Shown here one piece after another: positions 54,658 to 64,000 of a stretch of 64,000 nucleotides of DNA. This DNA is from Planctomycetota bacterium. GTDB lineage: Bacteria; Planctomycetota; Phycisphaerae; SM23-33. The notes below the pieces were generated by a model. That model searched no databases, was not told the origin of the DNA, and worked only from the letters and a program-made list of their open reading frames with translations. The stretch is from positions 36,595 through 100,594 of the forward strand of contig JAKPKY010000165.1 in assembly GCA_029553505.1 (NCBI GenBank). The letters are read 5' to 3'. The position numbers and the translations under genes were made by a program. Numbering within the stretch: position 1 is the first letter of the stretch; each line of letters begins with the position of its first letter.

Positions 54658-55479
54658 ATGATCCACACGCTCAAGCATTTCCTGCTGTTCCTGCGAGGCC
54701 TGCACGAGGACCGGCGCGTCATCGCGCAGCTGACGCGGCGCGACTTCCAGACGCGCTACCTCGGCAGCTATCTCGGGCTCGTGTGGGCGTTCGTCCAGCC
54801 GGCCGTCACCATCGCCATCTTCTGGTTCGTCTTCGAGGTCGGCCTCCGGCAGCGCGGCGTGAGCGGCGAGCCGTTTGTCCTTTTCCTCGTCAGCGGGCTG
54901 ATTCCCTGGTTCTTCTTCGCCGACGCGCTGAGCGGCGCGACGACGGCCGTCCTCCAGAACGACTTCCTCGTCAAGAACGTTGTTTTCCGCGTCAGCGTGT
55001 TGCCCATCGTCCGCGTGCTCTGCGCGCTGTTCATCCACGCATTCTTCCTGTGTGTGCTGGTGGGCCTGTTCGCCCTCTACGGGCGCTGGCCCGACGCGTA
55101 CAGCCTCCAGGTGCTCTACTACTCCGCCGGCGCGGCGGTGCTGCTGCTGGGCCTGGGCTGGGGCCTGTCGGCCGTCGGGCCGTTCGTGCGCGACCTGCCG
55201 CACCTGGTCAACGTGGTGGTGCAGCTGGGATTCTGGCTGACGCCGATCGTGTGGAACTTCGAGTTCGTCGAGCGCAAGTCGCGCCTGATCGCCACGCTGC
55301 TGAAGCTCAACCCGATGTTCTACGTGGTGCGCGGCTACCGCGACGCGCTGGTGACGAAGGTGTGGTTCTGGCAGCACCCGTGGGGGACGGCGTATTTCTG
55401 GTGCGTGACGGGCGCGGTGTTCGTGCTCGGGGCGACGGTGTTCCGCCGCCTCCGCCCGCACTTCGCGGACGTGCTGTGA
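54658..55479 (+). CDS. wzm: ABC-2 type polysaccharide/O-antigen export permease
   Basis: Six TM helices, ABC-2 family pattern. 273 aa. Confidence 0.8.
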   Translation: MIHTLKHFLLFLRGLHEDRRVIAQLTRRDFQTRYLGSYLGLVWAFVQPAVTIAIFWFVFEVGLRQRGVSGEPFVLFLVSGLIPWFFFADALSGATTAVLQNDFLVKNVVFRVSVLPIVRVLCALFIHAFFLCVLVGLFALYGRWPDAYSLQVLYYSAGAAVLLLGLGWGLSAVGPFVRDLPHLVNVVVQLGFWLTPIVWNFEFVERKSRLIATLLKLNPMFYVVRGYRDALVTKVWFWQHPWGTAYFWCVTGAVFVLGATVFRRLRPHFADVL

Positions 55480-55489
55480 GGAAGTTTCG

Positions 55490-56875
55490 ATGACGGACGG
55501 TGCGACAGGACGAGCCTCCGCTTTCGATCCGCCGGCGGACGACGCCGCGGCGCTGGACGTGCGCGGGCTGAGCAAGGTCTACCGCCTGTACGACCGCCGC
55601 ATCCACCGCCTGTTCGAGTCGCTGCATCCGCTGCGGCGCAACTACCACCGCGACTTCTACGCGCTGCGGGACGTGAGCTTTTCGGTGGCCCGCGGCGAGA
55701 CGTTCGGGATCATCGGGCGCAACGGCAGCGGAAAGAGCACGCTGCTGAAGATCCTCGCGGGGGTGCTGACCGCGAGCGACGGGCAGGTGCGGGTGCGCGG
55801 GCGCGTCTCGGCGCTGCTGGAGCTGGGCACGGGGTTCAACCCGCTGCTGACGGGCATCGAGAACTGCCGATTCGCCGGCGCGCTGATGGGCTACAGCGGC
55901 GCGGAGATGGACGAGAAGCTCCGCGCCATCGAGGCGTTCGCCGACATCGGCGAATACATCCGCCAGCCGGTGCGGTCGTACAGCAGCGGCATGTTCGCCC
56001 GCCTGGCGTTCGCGGTGGCGATCAGCGCCGAGCCGGACGTGCTGATCGTCGACGAGGCGCTGTCGGTGGGCGACGAGGCGTTCCAGCGCAAGTGCTTCGC
56101 GCGGATCGAGCAGATCCAGCAGCGGGGCGGTACGATCCTGTTCGTCTCGCACTCGGCGGCGGCCGTGACGCACCTGTGCTCCCGCGCAATCCTGCTCGAC
56201 CGCGGCGAGCTGCTGCTGGCGGGCGAGGCGCGCCCGGTCGTCGCGCGCTACCACCGGCTGATCTACGCCCCGCCGGAGAGCCTCCAGGCCACGCGCGACG
56301 AAATCCGCCGCGAGGGCATCGTCGCGGACGAACCGCCCGCCGACGCCTCGCCCCAACCGGCCGACGACTGGTTCGACCCGCACATGAAGCCGCTCAGCAC
56401 CGTCCGCTACGAGTCGCGCGGGGCGGAACTCGCCTCGCCGCGCATCACCACGCTTTCCGGCGAGCCGGTGAACCTGCTGACCAGCGGGCAGGAGTACCTG
56501 CTGTCGTTCGACATGCACATCCGCCGGGAGCTGCGCCGGTCGCGCTGGGGCTTCACCATCAAGTCGCTGACGGGCGTGGAACTGGGCGGCATCACCTCGC
56601 ACCCGGAAGGCCACGGCGTGGACCGCCTGGAACCGGGCACGGTGGTGCGGGCGCAGTTCCGGTTCCGCTGCCTGCTGGCCGAGGGAACCTACTTCGCCAG
56701 CGTGGGCGTGGTGCGGTGGGAGCAGTGCACGCAGGAGTGGGCGCACCGCCTGGACGACGCGCTGATGTTCCGCGTCTCGCCGACGGTCCCGCGGGAGTTT
56801 TCCGGCACGGTGGACTTCCGCCCGCCGTCTGGGCCGCCCTGCGCCTCGTGGACGATCGAGGAGGACGCGCCGTGA
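55490..56875 (+). CDS. wzt: polysaccharide ABC transporter ATP-binding protein with C-terminal glycan-binding (Wzt_C-like) domain
   Basis: Walker A GRNGSGKST, signature SSGMFARLAFAVA, Walker B LIVDEA, plus an about 150-aa beta-rich C-terminal extension as in Wzt of terminally-capped O-antigen systems. Confidence 0.8.
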   Translation: MTDGATGRASAFDPPADDAAALDVRGLSKVYRLYDRRIHRLFESLHPLRRNYHRDFYALRDVSFSVARGETFGIIGRNGSGKSTLLKILAGVLTASDGQVRVRGRVSALLELGTGFNPLLTGIENCRFAGALMGYSGAEMDEKLRAIEAFADIGEYIRQPVRSYSSGMFARLAFAVAISAEPDVLIVDEALSVGDEAFQRKCFARIEQIQQRGGTILFVSHSAAAVTHLCSRAILLDRGELLLAGEARPVVARYHRLIYAPPESLQATRDEIRREGIVADEPPADASPQPADDWFDPHMKPLSTVRYESRGAELASPRITTLSGEPVNLLTSGQEYLLSFDMHIRRELRRSRWGFTIKSLTGVELGGITSHPEGHGVDRLEPGTVVRAQFRFRCLLAEGTYFASVGVVRWEQCTQEWAHRLDDALMFRVSPTVPREFSGTVDFRPPSGPPCASWTIEEDAP

Positions 56876-57840
56876 CGCGGACCCCGACGCTCTCGATCGT
56901 CGTAACGGTCTACAACATGCGCCGCGAGGCGCCGCGCACGCTCCGCTCGCTGACGCCCGAATACCAGGGCGTCGACGCGGACACCTACGAGGTGATCGTG
57001 GTGGACAACGGCTCGTCCGAGCCGCTGGACGAGCGCGAGGTCCGCTCGATCGGCCCGAACTTCCGCTGTCTGTCGATGGACCGCCCCGCGCCGTCGCCCG
57101 TGCCGGCGATGAACTTCGGCGCAGCCGCAGCGCGGGGGCGCTGGCTGGGCCTGATGATCGATGGCGCGCGGATCCTCACGCCCGGGGTGATTTCCCTGGC
57201 GCTGCGGGCCGTTGCCGCGTACGACGAGCCCGTCGTCGCGACGCTGGGCTTCCACCTCGGGCCCGACGTGCAGTACCGCTCCGTCGCGCGAGGCTACTGC
57301 CAGCGCGAGGAGGACCGCCTGCTGGCGCAAATCGGCTGGCCCGCCGACGGCTATCGCCTGTTCGAGATTTCCTCGCTGGGGGGCTCGTCGCGGTTCGGCT
57401 GGTTCCTGCCGATCGCCGAGAGCAACTGCGTGTTCCTCTCGCGCGGGCTCTGGGCGCGCCTGGGCGGGTACGACGAGCGGTTCGCCGCGCCGGGCGGCGG
57501 GCTGGCGAACCTGGATTTCTACAAGCGCGCGTGCGAGTCCGCCGGCGTCCAGCCGGTCGTGCTGCTGGGCGAGGGGACGTTCCACCAGCTTCACGGCGGA
57601 GCCTCGACGGGCCTTGCCGCCGGGGAAAATGAGCGGCGCTGGGACGCGGACAACGCTTTTTACGCCTCCCTGCGGGGCGAGGGGTACCGCTGCCCGACGC
57701 GCAAGCCGGTGTTCCTGGGCTCCGTGCCCCCGCCGGCCGAGGCGCTGCTGCGCCTCTCGCTGGAGATCGCCGAGCGCGCCCGGCGCGAGGGTTCGCCCGC
57801 GCCGTATGAGACCGTGGAAAGAAGCGTCCGACCGACATGA
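56872..57840 (+). CDS. glycosyltransferase family 2
   Basis: GTG overlapping the wzt stop. LSIVVTVYN...VIVVDNGS; GT2 fold. Confidence 0.65.
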   Translation: MTRTPTLSIVVTVYNMRREAPRTLRSLTPEYQGVDADTYEVIVVDNGSSEPLDEREVRSIGPNFRCLSMDRPAPSPVPAMNFGAAAARGRWLGLMIDGARILTPGVISLALRAVAAYDEPVVATLGFHLGPDVQYRSVARGYCQREEDRLLAQIGWPADGYRLFEISSLGGSSRFGWFLPIAESNCVFLSRGLWARLGGYDERFAAPGGGLANLDFYKRACESAGVQPVVLLGEGTFHQLHGGASTGLAAGENERRWDADNAFYASLRGEGYRCPTRKPVFLGSVPPPAEALLRLSLEIAERARREGSPAPYETVERSVRPT

Positions 57841-60800
57841 GCAACACCTGCATCGTGGTCCTGGGCATGCACCGCAGCGGCACCAGCGCGCTGACCGGCG
57901 CGCTGCGCCTGCTGGGCGTGGACCTGGGCAGCCACGTCATGCCCCCCAGCGAAGGGCAGAACGACCGGGGCTTCTGGGAGCACCTGCACGTCTACCACTG
58001 CCACGAAGAGCTGCTGAAAGCCCTGTCGCGCACGTGGGACGACCCGCGCCCGCTCCCGGTGGACTGGCAGCGGCTGGACTGCGTCAAGCCGCTCCGCCTG
58101 CGCCTGGAGGCGATCCTCTCGCGCGATTTCTCCGCGTCGGGGCTCTGGGGCATCAAGGACCCGCGCATGTGCCGCCTGCTTCCGCTCTGGCTGGAGATTT
58201 TCGCGAACCTCGGGTCCGAGCCGGCGTTCCTGCATTCGCACCGCCCGGCCGTCGAGGTTGCCCGGTCGCTGCACAAGCGGGACGGGTTCTCGATGGACAA
58301 GTCGCTTCTGCTGGCGGCCGACCACACGCTGGCGGCCGAACTGGGCACGCGGGGCCGGCGGCGGGCATTCGTGGAGTACGCCGACCTGCTGGCTGACCCC
58401 GCCGCCGCGCTGGACCGCGCGGGGCGCGAGCTGGGGATCGCCTGGCCTCGCCCGCCGACCGAGGCGCGCGACGAGCTGCGCGAGTTCGTCTCCCCGACGC
58501 TGCGCCACCACGTCGGCAAGGCCGCCGAGGCGGGCGCGGGCCCGCTGGCGGACCTCGCCCGGCGCGTGGACGAGGCGATGCGCGACGCCTGCCAGGGCCG
58601 GGCCGACGAACTGGCCGGACGCTTCGACGCCCTGCGCGACGAGCTGGCCCGCCTGACCGCGCCGATGAACGGCGTGTGCGGCGATCACGTGGACGACCTG
58701 CTGCGCCGCCAGGCGGACGAACTGGGCAACCTCGACGCGCTCGTGCAGGAGCGCACCCGCTGGGCCCGCGCGCTGGAGGCGAACCTGCGGACGGAAAAGG
58801 CCAGGCTCGCCCGCATCCTCCAGTCGCGCACGTGGCGGCTCGCCGAGGGCATCCACCGCGTGGTCGGGGCCGTCCGCGCCTTCAAGGCCGAGCGGAGGGA
58901 AATCCTCGCCGCCAGGTCCCGTCGCGTTCCGCTGGCGATCCGCCGGACGGTGCGCCGGGGTCTTCACGGCCTGCGCCGAAGCCGCTGCGCGATCCGCCGC
59001 GCCGCCGTCCTGGCCGGCGCGAAGCTCGGTCGCCTGCCTCGCCTGGACTGCTGCGGCGAAACTCCCGACGTGTCGATTGTCATCCCCGTCTACAACAAGC
59101 TCGCGTTCACGTTGGACTGCCTGTGGTCGATCGCGGCCGCGAACAACCGCGCAAGCTGCGAGGTGATCGTCGTCGATGACTGCTCGACGGACGGCACGGC
59201 GGCGCTGCTGTCGCGCGTGGCGAACCTGCGTTGCATCCGCAACGGGACAAACCTGGGGTTCCTGCGGTCCGCCAACGCCGGGGCCGCCGCCGCGCGGGGG
59301 AAATACATCCTCCTGCTCAACAACGACACCACCGTCACGCCCGGCTGGATCGACCGTCTGCGGGAGACGTTCGACCGGTTCGCCGACGCCGGGCTGGCGG
59401 GCGCGAAGCTGGTTTACCCCAACGGAGTGCTCCAGGAGGCGGGCGGAATCCTCTGGCGCGACGGCAGCGCGTGGAACTACGGAAACGGCGACGACCCGTT
59501 GGAGGCGCAGTACAACTACGTCCGCCGGGCGGACTACGTCTCGGGCGCTGCCGTCATGATTCCCGCCGACTTCTGGCGACAGCTCGGGGGCTTCAGCGAG
59601 GAGTTCCTGCCCGCCTACTGCGAGGACTCGGACCTGGCGATGCGCGTCCGGGCGGCGGGGCGGCAGGTGTACTACCAGCCGGCGGCCGTCGTCGTCCACC
59701 ACGAGGGCGTCTCCCACGGGCGGTCCGTCCGCGCCGGGCTCAAGAGCCACCAGGTCGCCAACCAGCGAAAGCTCTTCGAGAAATGGCAAACGGTCCTGGA
59801 GGCGGAGCATTTCGCCAACGGCAGCGAGGTCTTTCTTGCCCGCGACCGCAGCCGGGACCGAAAAACGCTGCTGTTCATCGACCACTACGTGCCGCACTTC
59901 GACCGCGACGCGGGCTCGCGCACCGTGATGGCGTACCTGCGCCTGTTCGTGTCGATGGGCCTGAACGTCAAGTTCCTCCCGGACAACTTCGCCCGCAGGG
60001 AGCCCTACACGACGGCGCTGGAGCAGATGGGCGTGGAGGTGCTCTGCGGCGGGCGGATGGCGCAGGGGTGGCGCCGGTGGATCCGCGATCACGGGCAGTA
60101 CCTGCGCTACGTGCTGCTGAGCCGCCCGAGCGTCGCGCCGAAATACGTCGATGTGCTCCGCGCCGCCACGGGCGCCAGGCTGCTGTACTACGGGCACGAC
60201 CTGCACTACCTGCGCGAGCGGCGGGCCTTCGAACTGGACGGGCGCGAGGAGCACCGCGCCGCGGCCGAGCACTGGCAGGCGATCGAACTGGACCTGCTGG
60301 CCCGCATGGACGCGGTGTACTACCCCTCGCCCGTCGAGATCGACGAAGTCCTGCGGGAGCTGCCCGGCGCCAACGCGCGGGCGATTCCCGCGTATATCTT
60401 CGACCGCTTCCCGACCGACGCGCCCCCGCCGGCCGAGGGGCGCAGCGGATTGATCTTCGTCGGCGGGTTCGGACACCCGCCCAACGCCGGCGCGGTCACG
60501 TGGTTCGCGCGCGAGGTGCTGCCCGCCGTCCGCGAGAAGCTGGGCGGCGTGAAGTTCCACGTCGTCGGCTCGCAGGCCCCGCCGGAGGTGCTGTCCCTGG
60601 CGTCGGACGACGTGATCGTGCACGGGTTCGTTTCCGACGACGAGCTGGACCGCCTCTACGCCACGTGCCGGCTGGCCGTCGTGCCCCTGCGGTACGGCGC
60701 GGGGGTCAAGGGAAAGGTCGTCGAGGCGCTCTACAAGCGGATCCCGCTGGTGACGACGTCGGTGGGGGCCGAAGGGCTGGTGGGCGTGGCCTCGTGCGCG

Positions 60801-60989
60801 GTGGTGGCCGACGGCGCGGAGCAGTTCGCCGCCGCGGTCGCGGAAGCGTACAACGACCCCGCGCGCCTCGACGCGCTGGCCCGCGCCGGCCTGGAGTACG
60901 TGCGGGAGCGATTCTCTCCGGCTGCGGCCCGCGCCGCCATCGCGCCGGAAATCCCCGAGGCCCTCGACCCGCGGAGCGCAACGCCATGA
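57837..60989 (+). CDS. trifunctional glycan-modifying protein: N-terminal sulfotransferase domain, central GT2 domain, C-terminal GT4 (GT1-fold) domain
   Basis: ATG overlaps the upstream stop. Sulfotransferase 5'-PSB loop GMHRSGTSAL and 3'-PB IKDPRM. Central VSIVIPVYN...VIVVDDCSTDGT...DxD/EDSD GT2 motifs. C-terminal GGFGHPPN...E...GVKGKVVEA retaining GT-B motif. Confidence 0.7.
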   Translation: MSNTCIVVLGMHRSGTSALTGALRLLGVDLGSHVMPPSEGQNDRGFWEHLHVYHCHEELLKALSRTWDDPRPLPVDWQRLDCVKPLRLRLEAILSRDFSASGLWGIKDPRMCRLLPLWLEIFANLGSEPAFLHSHRPAVEVARSLHKRDGFSMDKSLLLAADHTLAAELGTRGRRRAFVEYADLLADPAAALDRAGRELGIAWPRPPTEARDELREFVSPTLRHHVGKAAEAGAGPLADLARRVDEAMRDACQGRADELAGRFDALRDELARLTAPMNGVCGDHVDDLLRRQADELGNLDALVQERTRWARALEANLRTEKARLARILQSRTWRLAEGIHRVVGAVRAFKAERREILAARSRRVPLAIRRTVRRGLHGLRRSRCAIRRAAVLAGAKLGRLPRLDCCGETPDVSIVIPVYNKLAFTLDCLWSIAAANNRASCEVIVVDDCSTDGTAALLSRVANLRCIRNGTNLGFLRSANAGAAAARGKYILLLNNDTTVTPGWIDRLRETFDRFADAGLAGAKLVYPNGVLQEAGGILWRDGSAWNYGNGDDPLEAQYNYVRRADYVSGAAVMIPADFWRQLGGFSEEFLPAYCEDSDLAMRVRAAGRQVYYQPAAVVVHHEGVSHGRSVRAGLKSHQVANQRKLFEKWQTVLEAEHFANGSEVFLARDRSRDRKTLLFIDHYVPHFDRDAGSRTVMAYLRLFVSMGLNVKFLPDNFARREPYTTALEQMGVEVLCGGRMAQGWRRWIRDHGQYLRYVLLSRPSVAPKYVDVLRAATGARLLYYGHDLHYLRERRAFELDGREEHRAAAEHWQAIELDLLARMDAVYYPSPVEIDEVLRELPGANARAIPAYIFDRFPTDAPPPAEGRSGLIFVGGFGHPPNAGAVTWFAREVLPAVREKLGGVKFHVVGSQAPPEVLSLASDDVIVHGFVSDDELDRLYATCRLAVVPLRYGAGVKGKVVEALYKRIPLVTTSVGAEGLVGVASCAVVADGAEQFAAAVAEAYNDPARLDALARAGLEYVRERFSPAAARAAIAPEIPEALDPRSATP

Positions 60990-61717
60990 AAACCCTCCAG
61001 GTGGAAACCGTCACGCTGAACGTGCTGGACCGCCCCCGAATCCGTCGGCGCGAGGACCTGCTGGAACTGTACTGGCGGTCGCACCCGCGGTGGTTGTTCC
61101 TCAAGTCCGCCCCGCCGGGCGCGAAAGTGCTCGACGTTGGCGCGGGTTCCGGCGGGATGGTTCTGTGGAAGGGCTGGTGCGAGCCCCGGCGGGACGACCT
61201 GCGCATGTACGCGGTGGACCGCACGCGCGGCGAGCTGTTCGACCGCTACGACGGGTGGCAGGTGGCGGACCTGGACGTCGAGCCCGTCCGCTGCGGCGAG
61301 GGAGCGTTCGACGCCGTCGTCATGTCGCACGTGCTGGAACACCTGACCGACGAGGATGCGTTCTTCGCCCGCCTGGAGCCGCGGCTGGCGCCGGGGGCGC
61401 AGGTCTACATCGAACTGCCCGCGCCGTGGACCGCCGTCTGCCCCAGCCGGACGCTCTTCCTCGAACGCGGCATCGACGTGTCCACCGTCAACTTCTTCGA
61501 CGACGCGACGCACAAGCGGACCTTCGACCGCCCGGAGCTCTGGGCGCTGCTGGAACGCCACGGCTTCCGCGTGGTCCACTGGGGCGTCATCCGCAACCGC
61601 TTCCTGGAGGACGAGATGTTCACGTTCGGCTACACGCACCGCGACCAGGAACTGACCACCTACGGCGTGTGGTCGAAGCTCTCGTGGGCGCAGTACCTCG
61701 TGGCCGAGAGGCCGTGA
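60986..61717 (+). CDS. class I SAM-dependent methyltransferase
   Basis: ATG overlaps the upstream stop. VLDVGAGSGG (motif I) and DAVVMSHVLEHL (motif II/III). Confidence 0.7.
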   Translation: MKTLQVETVTLNVLDRPRIRRREDLLELYWRSHPRWLFLKSAPPGAKVLDVGAGSGGMVLWKGWCEPRRDDLRMYAVDRTRGELFDRYDGWQVADLDVEPVRCGEGAFDAVVMSHVLEHLTDEDAFFARLEPRLAPGAQVYIELPAPWTAVCPSRTLFLERGIDVSTVNFFDDATHKRTFDRPELWALLERHGFRVVHWGVIRNRFLEDEMFTFGYTHRDQELTTYGVWSKLSWAQYLVAERP

Positions 61718-61735
61718 GCGGGCGCCGTGGTTTGT

Positions 61736-61815
61736 CCCGAAGGGACAACCACGTGGGTTCCGCGTGGTTGCGGCGTTCCGCTTGCGCGGAACTCCGCAAT
61801 CCACGGCACCCATAG
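61736..61815. repeat. terminator-like hairpin (GTGGTTTGTCCC-GAAG-GGACAACCAC) followed by a family-C long-stem repeat
   Basis: Immediately downstream of the methyltransferase gene; same family-C consensus as 27940 and 40858. Confidence 0.55.
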
Positions 61816-61828
61816 TGCGAGATACGTA

Positions 61829-63460
61829 TCAGGGGCGGGATGTGGTTTCCGGCGCAGCGCGGACGAACTTTCGGAATCCCACGGCCGGCAGGTCGGAAAC
61901 CTCGGGTTCGACCGGCGTCTCGCGCCAGCCGGACAACTCCGCCGCGTCGCGGACGATCCGCCGGGTGTTCTCCGGGTGGACGGTCGTGGGGGGCTTCTTC
62001 GTCACCACGTAGAACGCGTCGACGCCCGCGCGGTCGATGCAGTCGCGGATGTCGTCCGGGCCGCGATAGCCCCAGAACAACTCGTGCACGAGGCTCGTGT
62101 CGCCGTCGGACAGGCAGAGGATCTGGCTGGCGACGCCCCAGTCGGCGGCGAGGAACGTCGCGCGTCCGGCGGCGCGGGCGGCGAATTCGCCCGCCGCCGT
62201 CAGCGACGGGTCCCACCCCGCCGAGGCCTCGCCGCGCAGCAGCGAATCGCGCGTGCGGACGAGCCCGTCGGCCCGCAGTCCGACGCACAGCAGCACGACA
62301 GCCGCCAGAACCGCGCGCGACGCCCACGCCCGCCGCGCCGCGCCCACGGGCAGCGCCAGCGCCGCCGCGATGGCTGCGTACTGGAACGGCGTGCCGAGAA
62401 TCCAGTGGTGCACCCACGTGTTCTGGGGCAGCAGGGGCAGCAGCACGCCGACGGCGAGGTAGCTGCCCGCCAGCACGCCGGCCATGCGAAGGTGCGGGTC
62501 GCGCCGCCCCCGCAGCAGCCCGGCCAGCAGCAGCGCCGCCATCGCCGCGCCGACGACGCCCGCCTCCGCCGCCCGCGCGGCGCCGGTGCTGTCGCCCAGG
62601 ATGAGGCTGCGCAGCTTGCCCCCGCCGCCGAGTGACAGGTAATCCACCGCATACCGCCCGATGTCCGCGGGCGACATCGCGCGGACGTGCGCCACGTCGC
62701 GCAGGGAGATGGGGCTGCCCGAGTGCCACCAGGTGGCCGCGTTGACCGCGATCAGCGGCAGCGCGCCGACCAGCCCGCCCAGCACGCACGCACGCCAGTG
62801 GCGCAACGTCCGGCGTGCCGGGCTCATCGTCATCATCAGCGCCAGCGGGCCGACCAGCACCACGGAGCTGAGTTTCTCGAAGCACGCCATCGCCGCAAAG
62901 AACGCCAGCAGGAAACTGTTGCCCGGGCGCGGCTCGCCGCGCGCCTCGCCGCGGAGATACGTGCCCAGCATCGCCAGGCGCAGCAGCAGCGCCAGCGCGG
63001 CAGGGCCCCAGTCGAACCGGCTGACGAGCAGGACGGCGACGTCGGAGAGCGTCAGCAGGGCAAACGCCCCCGCCCCAGCCGGAGAAAGCCCGCGCCGCGC
63101 CAGCGGGAAAAACGCCACCAGCCCCGCCGCGACGAGCAGGATGCCCGCCATCCGCCATTCCGTCATGGAAAACCGCGCGCCGGTGGCGCGCAGGTACAGC
63201 CCGTACAAGCCGGTCTTGATGGCCGCGCTGTACGTCATGTTCATCGCGGGCAGTCCGCCGACGCGGAGAGCGGCCGGGTAGGTGCGGTCCGGATGCACGT
63301 AGGCGAACGCCCCCTTCGCCTGGTCCAGCTCGTCGTAGTACGCGCCCTGGGCGTCGAGGCGGAGGGTCGCGAACCACACGAAGATCGCGGCGGTTGCCAG
63401 GGCGAGCGCCCAGGCAGCCGGGCGGCCCAGGCCCGCGCGGAATGGATTGGGAAATTTCAC
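61829..63460 (-). CDS. polytopic membrane protein, putative GT-C-type glycosyltransferase/polymerase with C-terminal periplasmic domain
   Basis: 543 aa with many TM helices and an about 120-aa soluble C-terminal domain. That domain is clearly paralogous to the C-terminus of the next gene. Confidence 0.4.
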   Translation of the reverse strand: MKFPNPFRAGLGRPAAWALALATAAIFVWFATLRLDAQGAYYDELDQAKGAFAYVHPDRTYPAALRVGGLPAMNMTYSAAIKTGLYGLYLRATGARFSMTEWRMAGILLVAAGLVAFFPLARRGLSPAGAGAFALLTLSDVAVLLVSRFDWGPAALALLLRLAMLGTYLRGEARGEPRPGNSFLLAFFAAMACFEKLSSVVLVGPLALMMTMSPARRTLRHWRACVLGGLVGALPLIAVNAATWWHSGSPISLRDVAHVRAMSPADIGRYAVDYLSLGGGGKLRSLILGDSTGAARAAEAGVVGAAMAALLLAGLLRGRRDPHLRMAGVLAGSYLAVGVLLPLLPQNTWVHHWILGTPFQYAAIAAALALPVGAARRAWASRAVLAAVVLLCVGLRADGLVRTRDSLLRGEASAGWDPSLTAAGEFAARAAGRATFLAADWGVASQILCLSDGDTSLVHELFWGYRGPDDIRDCIDRAGVDAFYVVTKKPPTTVHPENTRRIVRDAAELSGWRETPVEPEVSDLPAVGFRKFVRAAPETTSRP

Positions 63461-64000
63461 GGGTCGTATTCCTTTATGGCCGCGCGCGGTTCGGCGCGGA
63501 CGAACTTTCGCACACCGACGGCGGGCAGGTTGGCGATCTGGGCTTCCGTCTCGACGCGCCGCCAGGCGGGCAGCGTTTCCGTGTCGCGCAGCATGCGGTC
63601 GGTCTCGACCGTGCGGATGGGCGAGGGCGGCTTCTTCCAGACGACGTACAGCGCGTCGCGCCCGCAGCCGCGCGCGATGTCCAGCACGTCGGCCTGGCCG
63701 CGGTAGTCCCAGAACGGCTCGTACAGCACGCCCTCGCGCCCGTCGGCATGGCAGACGATCTGGGTTCCGACGCCCCAGTCCGCGGCCAGGAAGACCGCGT
63801 CGTCGGCGTGGCGCGCGGCGAAGCGCCCCATCGCGTTGAGCGAGGGATGCCAGTCGATCGAGGCATCGCCGTGGAGCAGGGAGCGTTCGAGCATCGCGCA
63901 GCCGGGGATTCGCGCCAGCAGCAGCGCGGCGACCGCCAGCGGCAGGGCTGCACGGACAATGCGGGCGCGTTTCGTTTCCGCCCGCCCGCCCAGCACGCCC
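63457..64000 (-). CDS. paralog of 61829-63460 (C-terminal part only; gene continues beyond window end)
   Basis: Overlaps the downstream gene start by 4 nt. C-terminal domain FLAADWGVGTQIVCHADG...ALYVVWKKPPSPIRT...LPAVGVRKFVRAEP parallels FLAADWGVASQILCLSDG...AFYVVTKKPPTTVHP...LPAVGFRKFVRAAP. Confidence 0.4.
   Translation of the reverse strand, partial: GVLGGRAETKRARIVRAALPLAVAALLLARIPGCAMLERSLLHGDASIDWHPSLNAMGRFAARHADDAVFLAADWGVGTQIVCHADGREGVLYEPFWDYRGQADVLDIARGCGRDALYVVWKKPPSPIRTVETDRMLRDTETLPAWRRVETEAQIANLPAVGVRKFVRAEPRAAIKEYDP

Noticed and set aside
1-64000. CRISPR arrays, tRNA or rRNA genes
   Set aside because: None seen in the main intergenic regions by eye. The repeats present are palindromic REP/MITE types with non-uniform spacing, not direct repeats with unique spacers.

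Overview
This is a 64-kb high-GC stretch (about 70 % GC by eye) of bacterial chromosome, densely coding on both strands. Gene content (DUF1570 protein, sulfatase without a signal peptide, LemA/DUF2207 pair, very abundant intergenic palindromic repeats) is reminiscent of Planctomycetota-like genomes, but the taxon is inference only. I can support about 55 protein-coding genes from the translations. Housekeeping genes include mutS, trpB and trpA (unlinked), hflX, rny, rsmA, galK, a partial fucI-like gene, cstA, an MscS channel and a ferredoxin. A long, translationally coupled glycan locus (rmlA-rmlD-rmlC-rmlB, wzm-wzt, a GT2, a 1050-aa sulfotransferase-GT2-GT4 protein and a SAM methyltransferase) looks like an ABC-transporter-dependent polysaccharide pathway with possible sulfate/methyl end-capping. 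The most unusual element is a small low-GC islet with a near-consensus sigma-70 promoter driving a HigB-family toxin and an oversized HigA-like HTH protein fused to an ImmA/IrrE (COG2856) zinc-peptidase domain. An operon of outer-membrane barrel, lipoprotein, FecR-like protein and CHASE2 adenylate cyclase looks like an envelope signalling unit. Intergenic space is unusually rich in structured repeats: a REP-associated tyrosine transposase flanked by REP doublets, plus at least six other palindromic/MITE-like families, often abutting stop codons. I found no tRNA, rRNA or CRISPR array. I could not run searches or folding, so all family assignments rest on recognisable motifs and are graded accordingly.
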